A DNA stretch of 64,000 bases from Ruditapes philippinarum (taxonomy: Eukaryota): NCBI RefSeq assembly GCF_026571515.1, contig NW_026857874.1, positions 1-64,000 of the forward strand. Direction: 5' to 3'. The stretch's first letter is position 1. Every line of letters begins with the position of its first letter. A program made the position numbers and the translations under genes. This document shows, piece after piece, positions 25,601 to 36,500 of this stretch. A model generated the notes under the pieces. That model saw only the letters and a list, made by a program, of their open reading frames with translations, did not search any database and had not been told where the DNA came from.

Positions 25601-28600
25601 ACTATAAGAATCTTACGCCAGCTCCAGGTAAAGACCGGTGTATCTAACCAGAGGGTAACTGTTTACAGCGATAACAACCACTAAACAGTCAAATGCATCT
25701 AGATATTCCAGCCTGTGTTGACAGCCAGTCTTTCATTCTTTTTCTTGCATATTACATATAAAACATATTACAAAAACTAATATTTTCATTTAACACTTTT
25801 TCCTTATAGTAGCAAATTATGAATTTACAACTTCGTTCATAATGACAAATTGTTGTCAACCTAAGCAAGCAATTAATTCAATTAATTAATTAATTAGGGA
25901 CGGACCGATTTACTAATGTTATTTGAACTTGTGGTTCAACCCTTTTTCTTTCAAAATGTATTTATATATATTTTTCTTTCTATATATTTGCATTGTACTT
26001 ATTGTAAAAATTTAAAGGAATAAAATACGTGTACGTTTAAACTAAATTAATTCACAAAAGACGCCCTTGAATGACATAATTTAAAGGACAGGACTTGTCC
26101 GGTCCTGTCTGTAAGACACGTCTTTCTAGCACAGGTGTAAACAGCAGAATATCCTGCCTGATAGGGAAGAATGTTTGTACCTTACACTTCCTTAAATGAC
26201 TTCATTATTTCAACTGCTTTAAAGTGTATCAAGCTAGATATCTGCTACCTATAGATTACAAAGTTATTGCTTAAATTTTGAAAACGAATATTTCCAAAAT
26301 ACCTGTATGAAAGAAATATATTTGTTTATTATATACTTATAAATGAAATATTGAGAAATATTAATTAAATAAAATGCGTATTTTCATTTTCCGTATTTTC
26401 ACTGTAAAAATTTATTTTTCACTGCAGTGAAACATATTTTCCGTATTTTCACTGGTGTCTTGCCGGACTACTTTCTATTAAATTCTGCCAATACGCAAAA
26501 TTTAAGGGAAATTTTTTCAAATTTTAATGTCAAAAAAGAGAAATGTATGTAATAAACAGAAAATTCAAGTTTTTTCTATAAATACATGATTTATTTTCAT
26601 CTTGTGGCATGAAAATTATCATATTTCACTCGTGGCTACCGCCACTCATGAAATATTTATTTTCATACCACTCGATGAAAATAAATCATGTATTTATAGA
26701 AAAAACTTGAATATCCTCTATATATTTCCTGAAGAGCAAATGGCATGTGCACAAAAAGCGTACTTAAAATAGTAGCATAATATTTGTTCCTAAACATCTT
26801 ACTCTGTTAAATTAAACCATTTTCGTGTGTTAATAACTTAATTAACAGAGACTTTCTATATTACAACATTTTAGTCTTTTACGGAAACATCCCAATTTTA
26901 CAGTTTATAAATTTTATAAAAATATTTTATTAAACATTGTGTTATACCATTTAAACATTTAACAAAATTTACCTAAAATTTACATAAATCCATAGATTTA
27001 TATACTTACGTTGGAGCAGAATTTGTCTGTTGAAAAATGCTTGTTTCATAGAAAGAATTGCACAAAATAAGGGAAGCTACTCTAGGTGACTTGTGGGTGT
27101 ATTCTGCAAACTTCTGTGCCAAAAATCCTCCAAGAGAAGCACCAAATAAATGAACCTATCACAAAATAATATCAAATTAAACTAAACTAAATATGGTAAT
27201 ATGCATACAGTCAAAAGTCTGTTTCAATTCGTATTCATTAGTCTTGAACTTACTGTGTTTCCAATTCTTACTATACTAAATATTTTAAATCATATATGGA
27301 CTTGCCAATCTGGACAAATCCATTCATTATTTTCTGGGAAAATTTTCCAAATAAGTACTGACTGAATAGCAAACAGTGCAGACCATGATCAGACAGTGGT
27401 CTCAATTGATGATTTAATCATACCCGGCTAAGGGTTCAAAAACATTTTGTCACCTTAGTGCAATAAAGGGTTAAGTCCTCCTAAATTTAATAGGAGTTAA
27501 CTAGTTATTGCATTAAGATGACGATCTATTCATTACTTCCTATAATAAATAACTCTTGCCTACCAGTAACTCAATCACACTTACTTCATGTGAATAGGAC
27601 AATGAAACTATACACCACTATAGTATATTATTGGCCTTATTTTACCTATTATTAATGTGCAGGTGTATGATTTTACTATTACTGTCATTGTTACAACAAT
27701 ACTAGTAATCAATTATCCCGCTAATTAACAGTAATTACCTGTCACTTATACTCAAGTCTACATCAAATTATTTTAGTCATATTAATTTTAGCAGTAATAC
27801 TGGCTGATGACCTTTTAACCATTTGCCTTCCCATGGACATGTTTTGCTTTAACCCTTTCCCCCATGAGCATATCGTGAAAAATGGCCATTTTAACTGAAA
27901 AGCCTCCTCTTACAAGTTCAAACTGCTATGAAACTATGAAAAATGCTTCAATACTAATCAAACTTGGCACAAATGTTGACTGGACCATTGCCTTTGTAAC
28001 GACATGCTCAGTCTTAAATTTCCTGTTACCATGGCAACAAGGGGACATCTCAAAATTGCCAAAAATCACTATTTTGCCTCGATTTTTTCCATCAAAATTT
28101 ATTTCAAAGTGCTGCAACTTCTCAATGGATTGAGATAGAGTCAAAGGCTTTTCAGCGTTGGTTACACGTTACTTTATGATCAACCTGGGGTCATTTTAAG
28201 CCTCTCACAAGTCCAAAATTTTCTTGGCGATGAGGGGGACTCCGCCCCCCTTCAAACCCCCCAAACAGAAGGGGGCACATCCCCCTTCTGGCAACCCCCT
28301 GATGTATTATTTGGATGGGGGACGGCGCCGAAAAAATGGTCACTTTTTTAACAATATATCTCAAACGAAAAAAAGTGTTTGGGGTCTAAATAGGACATTT
28401 TTTCACTGTTTGAGGCCTCAAAAAGGGGGGGGGGGCAAAAAGCCTTCGAAACACGCTTATATAAGGGAAAAGGTTAAATTTGAAAATGTCTATTGGTAAT
28501 TAAATGCATTTCACGTTCATAATGCAAAAAAAAAAACACTTCAGAAACCAACAATTTAATTTATTTTTGTTGTGTTTTCTAGTATTTTTTTTTGTTTTGG

Positions 28601-30469
28601 GATGTTTTTCTTTGGGTGTTTTTTTCTGAGCGCCCATGCCGATGAAAATAAAACAACCCCCAGATGTCACTAGCATAGAGCACAGTCAACCTTCACATTC
28701 TGTACAGAATGATCTATACTATCTCCTGCTTAATTTTTAGAAGTTTGATATCAGAACACTATTCTATGGACATTGCCAATTTCAAAGCAGAACTAGTGGA
28801 GTCTAGTCCATTGCATTGCATTCAGCAAGTTAGGGGGAAAAGATCTCCCTGTTTGAAACTATCAGACTGTGCATATTATCAGACTAAACAATTTTCTCAT
28901 ACAAACTGAATTATTTCATATATCCCACTATGAATCTATTTATAGATTTATAGAAGCTCACCTTATCTAACTGTAAATGATCTAACAATCTCTTAAAGCC
29001 CTCACAGAACTCCTTCATTGTCCAATAAATTGGATATTCCACCTGCAAAGTAGCATATGTAAGATATTTCCACATATTGTACAATAAGATATTTACACAT
29101 ATTGTAAAATTAGATATTTACACATATTGTATGATAAGATATTTACACAAATTGTATGATAAGATATTTACACAAATTGTACGATAAGATATTTACACTT
29201 ATTGTACAATAAGATATTTACACATATTGTATGATAAGATATTTACACATATTGTATGATAAGATATTTACACATATTGTATGATCAGATATTTACACAT
29301 ATTGTATGATAAGATATTTACACATATTGTATGGTAATATATTTAACACATATTGCTTGAGTCTGATATGTATATTCTGATTAATATACAAATGTTTTAA
29401 ACTTAACATACTATTTCTATGTGTTTTTGGCATTTTTTTACAGAAAATTTGTTCTCAAATTTGTTCTCATGCATAATCATTCTTATAATAATATTGCACA
29501 TTTTGTAAAATTCGTTTTCATTGGACAATTATGTTTACATGTATATCATAAATGTATCTAAATACCATTGCAAATTCATATATTGCTTTTTATTTTGATC
29601 GAAGAAAAGAACTCCCTGATTTATATTGTAGAATAAAGATAAATACAACCTCGAAAAGCTCACAAAATTTTGACTGTGAGTCTTACTACTATGAGTGTTG
29701 TGATATAAATAAATTCAAGCCGAAGGACAAAAGTAAAAATCAGGTACATCTAAAAGACAAAAAGCTTACTGCTATGACTCTGAATCCTGCTGTCGACAGC
29801 TGCAGTAACTGTTTAAAAAACACTTCCGCTTTTCCGCTAGCCGGAGGTAAACAAATTAACGGACATTTTATATGTCTCGGCCCTGTGTCATACATCGTCC
29901 ATTCTTTCTTATCATCATCATCTACCACAAGCTGTGATATAAATAGAGGATAATGAATGAGCGTAGGTTCAATAATGAATTTATTGTTTCCTGTCGTAAG
30001 AGAAAATATATTTTTATTTCATTCCAAATCACGTAAAAATGTTAAAAACTATAGAAGAATCGTGATGAAAAGGAATAATTAAACTACAAAATTCCAGAGC
30101 ATGATAAATCTTTAACACAAATCCAAGCACGGCTTACTTTCCTTCTACAGCAGGGGCTGTTTTCCCCCCAAAAAAAATTCTTTAAAATCATGCAGTTTTC
30201 CAAATAATTGAATTTACATAAAGTTTTTTTCTTCCCCTTTTGCAAATATACCCCAAATTTAGGGCAGGGCTGCTGTGAAAAAACCCTGCAAAGAAAATTA
30301 CATGATTTAAAATATTTGGTTAAAAAAAATACAAAATAGAAACTGACTTCTTAAAGAATATTTTAAAAATATTGTCTATAATGGATAAACAAATTACAAC
30401 ATCTACCTTTTTCTGTGGCACAGAGCTTCTAAAGCTTTGGTATTCCTGTGAATTTTGTATTTCTCCCAT
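22618..30469 (-). CDS. SPG21: Maspardin (alpha/beta-hydrolase fold, spastic paraplegia 21 protein), 300 aa
   Basis: Exons 30469-30407, 29931-29770, 29042-28962, 27155-27010, 25283-25175, 24414-24307, 23669-23529, 22710-22618; total 903 nt, GT-AG. Peptides [46 protein letters not shown] and [13 protein letters not shown] probable non-coding first exon ends at 33352. Confidence 0.97.
24782..25048 (-). mobile_element. Full-length tRNA-derived SINE
   Basis: Minus strand begins GGGGCGTCCGTGGCCAAGTGGTTAAG (A box), then GGTTCGAATCCC (B box), body GAGGTCTTCCTCCACCAG and an A-rich tail. Four copies are present in the window. Confidence 0.88.
25358..25591 (-). mobile_element. Short degenerate HINE-type element
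   Basis: Reverse-complement ends resemble those of 9450-9723 (CAAGAGCTGTC..GACAG; TATAGTTGAGCTTAAA). Confidence 0.5.
26558..26719. repeat. Near-perfect ~160-bp palindrome (foldback MITE-like)
   Basis: Arm ATTCAAGTTTTTTCTATAAATACATGATTTATTTTCATC pairs with GATGAAAATAAATCATGTATTTATAGAAAAAACTTGAAT around a GTGGC-TACC-GCCAC centre. Confidence 0.8.
27853..28473. mobile_element. piggyBac-like MITE, copy 2 (inverted relative to copy 1)
   Basis: TTAA flanks; CCCTTTCCCCCAT...AAGGGAAAAGG termini; colinear reverse-complement match to 8377-8999. Confidence 0.85.
29061..29355. repeat. 27-bp minisatellite (AAGATATTTACACATATTGTATGAT core), about 11 copies
   Basis: Tandem array immediately upstream of the acceptor of SPG21 coding exon 3. 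Confidence 0.92.
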
Positions 30470-30704
30470 GCTTATAGTTTGATCATTTTCATATCTGCAT
30501 CTTTATTGATATTACCTGCAATAAAAAAGAATATATTACTATGGAACAATCCACAACAGGTCATTTTGAAATGCCACCAACAAAATCCTTTGACCTAACA
30601 ATACTTCCAGAGCATGATTTAAGTGTAAAAAACTGTGTTGTCAGTCTTCAAGGTTTTATAGGCTTACTAGGCCTTTGATCATGCAGGTGCATGAATTGGG
30701 CAAT

Positions 30705-30853
30705 GTGGCGTCTGTGGCTGAGTGGTTATGGCTGTTGACTTGAAACCACTTGCCCCTCGCCGCTGTGAGTTCGAAATCCCACAGGGACTTTAGATTCTTT
30801 CATGTGAGGAAGCTATCCAGCTAGCTTACGAAACGTTGGTGGTTCTACTCAGG
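30705..30853 (+). mobile_element. 3'-truncated tRNA-derived SINE
   Basis: GGCGTCTGTGGCTGAGTGGTT..GTTCGAAATCCC..GGTTCTACTCAGGT matches the 5' half of 24782-25048. Confidence 0.8.
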
Positions 30854-31137
30854 TAGAAATATAAGAAATATTATATAACTCAAAACAGGTACTATTATTA
30901 CTCATATCCAACTTGAGGCACTTGGCAAGATTACTGATTGGTCTGCAACCAGGTTTTTAAAAGTCTAGTTAGCCTACAAAACCTTGAAGACTGACAATAC
31001 TTAAATCATGCTTCGGAAGAATTGTTAGGATTTCTAGCTGTGTGGGTTCAAACCGGTCAGGGACAAGCACTGGTTTCCTTAATCAAGAAACCATACATTC
31101 ATTACTCAGTACTAGGTGTTACATAGAACGTAGTCAA

Positions 31138-32864
31138 CAGGCTGGTGAAAATTTCCGATCGGGCTAATGACATAAAAAATCATATTTCAGGGTTTTACAT
31201 CTCTTTGAAATTTTAGGGGTCCAGTGGATGCACAGCCTGCGAAAGTAGGGGTCCATGACCTAAATTTTAGGGGTCCAAAATTATATTCACTAAAAAGGCT
31301 ATGAAACCACTCAATTTTGCTTAAAATCATTTATTTGCCCTGTAAGAAATATGCATGTATATTGTACTGTTCTCATAAGTAGTATGTAATTTCAATATCT
31401 GTTATCACTAGGTTTTAATTATAGCCCCTTTACAATAATATCATGTGCTATTTCCAAGGCTTAGTCTTTCAGTGGCTGGAGTGTCAAGTTTAAGTAGCAT
31501 ATTTTGTTATTGATAAGGTGATTACACCAACAGACTGAAAATTGTACTGATCTATTTGTAAATAGTTTAGCTCACATTTAATGTCTTTACAGACCAGTCA
31601 GCCAAATATGTTGTGTTTTTAAAAAATATCATATAACACAAGGCTGACAAAACGACTTTTGCACCTCCTCATAAGTTAAGTTCGCCAAAACCATTATATT
31701 CATAACACCACCGATAATTACATACCCAGTGACTTAATTTCTATAACACTATGAAAATAAGTTTGCAAAAAAACACTGCCTTTTTTATTATCGCCGTTCC
31801 TGTACAAAATACATTCGTCGACATTGGATACGCTAACCAACAGTAATTGCCTGTTATAAATAGTCCGTCTAAATATAGCCACAGAAAAACCAAAAACAGC
31901 TAACTAAAATAGATTTTACGGTAAACGTCATCAGTAACTGTAGCTTGCACTGTAAATGTCATCAGTTTCTGCAGTGGGCACTTATAATGCCAATAGCATG
32001 CGCAGTAGATTTCAATTATGTTAACTTCCAAAATAAACAAATGCAAGCATTTTCTGCTCGCTGTATTATGTTTTAACTGGAATTTTGTGAGCTTCGAGAA
32101 GAAAGCAGATAAAATCATGTCTGGTCAGAAACAATAATATCTACTGTCTAGGATTATTTTTGTGCGTACACTTGGACGCAAGTGGATAACTTACATGCGT
32201 ACATGTCAAAATTTATGCGTATAGGGACGCAGAATATTCCGTCCCGTAAAACCCTGATATTTCTAGAAAAATAATGAAGAGATTTCTTTTAAACTTTGTT
32301 TGTTTATTGAACATAATGTATAACATAATCAGAAAGAAAAATATTTGGTGAATGTCAATTTTGTGAGAATTATTTCCCCTTTTTCATCTTTACATAACAT
32401 ATATTTCAAAGTCCTTAAAAATATATATTATATATTATCATATACAAAGTATAAAACAAAATGGGTTAACTTATTTATGATCCAAATCATTGCACCAACA
32501 CCTGTCAGCATACATTTCACTTAGTTTTCAAAGGAAACTTCAAAGAATAATGTTCAGTGTCAAAGAATCATCAAAGTATTTATGCAAGAAACAGAATATT
32601 AAATTAAAAATATATAGAAAAGAGGTACTGGCGCAATAATTTTGAGCAAAATAAAGATGTTGGACACATTTCTGTTAAGAATTTTACATTGCAACATATT
32701 TTTTAAGGACTTCAAAAATTATGTGTCATATAAACATGAAAAAGGGGAAATAATTCTCACAAAAGTGACAGTAACCTATTATTTTTCTTTCTGTTGATAT
32801 TATACATTATAAATATAAATATTATTTTTTGTCACAAGCCCGATCGGGAATTTTCACTAGCCTG
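31138..32864. mobile_element. Long-TIR MITE hosting a nested element
   Basis: TIR CAGGCTGGTGAAAATTTCCGATCGGGCT versus AGCCCGATCGGGAATTTTCACTAGCCTG. Inverted arms continue at ~32312-32420 versus ~32700-32812. Flanks are GTCAA/TTCAA. Confidence 0.8.
31188..32256. mobile_element. CAG-terminated MITE with a 6-bp TSD (hAT-like)
   Basis: TIR CAGGGTTTTAC/GTAAAACCCTG, with ATATTT directly on both sides. Confidence 0.8.
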
Positions 32865-33351
32865 TTCAACAATGTGTCTACATGCTTAAAGCTTCCTATG
32901 CAAGTCGAATTTACATGATTGATGTCTTGACACCATAAATGTGAATTGAAGTCTACTCTATAATTCAAAATAAATTATCTACATCTCTGCTCAAACATGG
33001 CAAAAAAACACACACAATTGCGCAAATAGTGCAATCTATTATTTCCATCATTAACTATCTCATAACTTTAAGTAAGTCTCCAACATAACTACATCCTACA
33101 AACTAAGTTTAATCAGACTTGGTGCGATCTCCACTTATCGATTATTAATACTGCACTTTATAAATCCCTGTAAACTGGTAAATGTCTAAGAGTGTCTACC
33201 CCACCCACCAACTGGTCAGATGATCATGTCGCTATCGTTGGAAAAGATTGGTCGTTTTACAAATAATGCACGAATGACACGCAAAGTTTCTACTGTAATG
33301 ACGAATCTAAAATATATGCACTACAAAACGCTCCATTTCTTTGAGAAATAC

Positions 33352-33554
33352 CTGTTAAAATGCAATAAAATTCACAGAATATAAAGTGAAACTTGGCAAA
33401 ATAGGAAGTGTTTTGAACTCGCAGGTCTAACGAGATTTCGCGTGACTTCGTTGTGAATTGATAACCGCAAAACATCACCGAATGAATACCTTGGTAACAC
33501 GTGATGTGGAATAGTTAAATTCCCGCCAGCTTTCAAATTTTGTTTTTGTTTTAA
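33352..33554. promoter_or_regulatory. Probable bidirectional promoter shared by SPG21 and the CIMAP1-like gene
   Basis: Minus-strand donor at 33351 and plus-strand ATG at 33555. RFX X-box-like AATACCTTGGTAAC (33485-33498), E-box CACGTG (33498-33503) and E2F-like TTCCCGCC (~33520). Confidence 0.55.
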
Positions 33555-36500
33555 ATGCAACCGAAGTCTAAATATAGACCGATTGAAGGGAGAGTAAGAG
33601 GTAAAGGTTATTTAGTTATTCGATTTTGCATTTGACCATTGTGTTAGGTAGCCTAAGATCTAACCGTTTATAATTACTGAACAGTAAATCAGAGAGCTTC
33701 AACATAGAAAGCTCGGATTATCTGTATGTAGGGACACAGGTCTCTGTTTAATAAAGGGTCCATGTCCGCCCGTTGAGGCATAACAAGCAGCATCTGCTGA
33801 CGAGTACGGACCCCGGACATGTCACCAGTCATGCCCTTAAAGAGGTAGATCTAATTTTGAGGCACAAAGTGGTGATAATTTACTTCCCATGATATGAATT
33901 TTGAGCTGTAGGACGGCTGGCAATGTATGTAGTGATTTGATACAACTATGAAAGGAGATAGCGAGATAGCTCTTAAAAGGGCTGTTGGTGCCAAGCAAAT
34001 GACAATGACAATGAGTTTATTAGTAATATAAGGCCTTCAGCCCAAAATACATTCAGAATTTTAATTTAACAAAGAGTGAGATATAAATATATATAATAGA
34101 CATAGTTATGAGTATATTTACAAGTAATTAGTTTAATGGTAATTGAATATTTAAGTTGAAATAAAGGTAATATTAATTAAACATATAATGTACAAATGCC
34201 AATATGATTAATATCAGTGTTGAAGAGGTAACTATTAATTTATATATAATATTTAAACATAAAGGTAATTGGTTACATAGAGAAACAGTCGTTTCAACAA
34301 ATTCATGGCACATAAATAAATTAAAAACATTACAATATATATGTTTAAATGTGTTCAGTTATTTGAAGTTTTCTTAAACTATTTGCTTCATAGATAAATT
34401 TTGCCAGTTTTCTAATATTGTCTTTCGCTGTTTCTGACATTATAGTATTAAAGCGTTCATTACTGTTTAGAATCACATTCCAATTACAAAAGTTTAAGTG
34501 TTTGTGTCTAAGGTCGTTGTACAGATGACAGTCAATCAAAAAATGCACTTCATTTTCCACAACATACACATTACGTTTAAGACAAAATGAACAAAATCTA
34601 AATTCTCTGTCAATATTTAAGTGCCTTCCTGTTTCAATTTTCAAGTCATGGGCACTGCATCTAAAATTTGCTAATGCGCGTTTATATTTATAAGGCATAC
34701 TCAGTGACAAATAACATTCGTCAGAAATAGATGTTTTATAAATTCTGTAACTAATTGCTTTAGGCGATGAATTAATGTCAGACATTATCTCTTGTCTACA
34801 GCAGTCTGAGACTCGTGTCCTAAATACTTGCATGAATGTATTAACATTTCCGACTCCGTTCGCTGTCCATGCGTAACCAAGGCCTAATTGAAATAACATG
34901 CGTTTAACATGAGTTGCCCATGTGATTCGTCCTTGTTCATCTAAGTTTCTAAGCATAATATAGCATTGTCTTGGTAACCGATATTGTGGCATTTCCGTTA
35001 ATTTCAGCCAGTACTTAACACATTTAGACATATATGTTACACTAATTGGAAGGCGTCCGCATTCACTAAGGGCGAAGAAACTTGCAACGTTTTGATTTAA
35101 ACATGCTATCCTTTTGCAAAATGATATATGCACATTTTCGATCTGTCGACATGTGTTATATCCCCAAATCTCTGATGAGTAAGTCAAAATGGGTTTTACC
35201 ATAGCATCGAATAGTTTGAAAGCATCATTAACACTAAAATAACCAAAATGTTTCTGATAAGCATAAATAACATTAACAGCCTTGGTCGCCTGTATGGCTA
35301 GTACATCTTTCGTTTTAGTCCATGAGAGTTTCGGGGTAAAGTATGCTCCTAGGTATTTGTAACAATTGACAACTTCTATTTCATTTTCATTATACATCCA
35401 ATGCTCATATTGTCTTAGTGGACCGCCATTTCTGAAAACGATTATCTTAGATTTATCAAGGTTTATACACATCCCAGTTTCAGCACAATAATTACTTATT
35501 TCATTTATTTGTCTTTGGAGATTTATAGCCGTGTCGGCAAAACTGGAGACATCATCAGCAAATAATAAACAATACAGCTCTCCTGTATGTTGTGAGATAG
35601 TGATTCCATTTTGACATTTATTATTTAAGTATTTCACAAGGTCATTTATGTATAGGTTAAAAATGATTGATGACGTCACACAACCTTGTTTTGTTCCTTT
35701 GGCGCACTCAAAGAAATCAGTCAGCCCGTTCATCGTAGGTCCTGATACTTTTACACATGACCGAAGTTGAGAATAAATATTCCGGAATAACGTTAGAAAT
35801 CTGCCTTCAGGGGATATTCCCTTCCGTTCTAAGCTTTCCCATATTTTGAAATGTACACAATTGTCAAAGGCCTTAAGAAAGTCAACGTAAAACACATATA
35901 ATCGTCCTCTTGATTTACTAATATATTTTTGTACTATAGATTGAAGATTAAAAATGTTATCAATAGTGGAATAATTACTCCTAAAACCAGCTTGGCATTC
36001 ATCTATAATGTTATTCAATTCTGCCCACTTGGTCAAACGATTTGCGAGGATTTTCATAAAAATTTTACTCAAGCTATTTCCTACAGAAATTGCCCTGTAA
36101 TTATTCGGATCGGATTTATTTCCTTTCTTGTGTACTGGGGTAACAATGCTTTCTGCCCAGGTAGGTGGGAAATGTCCCGTATGTAGTATATTGTTGAATA
36201 ATTTATTCAAGTATGGTATTGTTAAATATATAGTACTTTTGAACATTTCTATGCATATTCCATCCACTCCTGTTGCGCAATTATTTTTCAAGGAATTAAC
36301 ACTTATCATGATTTCATCGTCTGTTACGTCACAATCAAGATCTGTGTCATCTATTCTATCATAAAGACTGTTGAATATATATATAAAGGGCCTGCCTTAC
36401 AAGCCGTAGATCTATATGATATCGATCTGTGCTAGGGGCTCACGCACACCATCCTCATCGTCTCTGAAGTCAGGACTTCGGCAGCTGTTCCCCAGTTGTT

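Noticed and set aside
27882-28499. ORFs of 72-91 aa as a transposase
   Set aside because: They lie within a 620-bp MITE and show no transposase motifs.
33795-33830. CTGACGAG as a hammerhead ribozyme core
   Set aside because: No correctly placed GAAA or closing stems were found.
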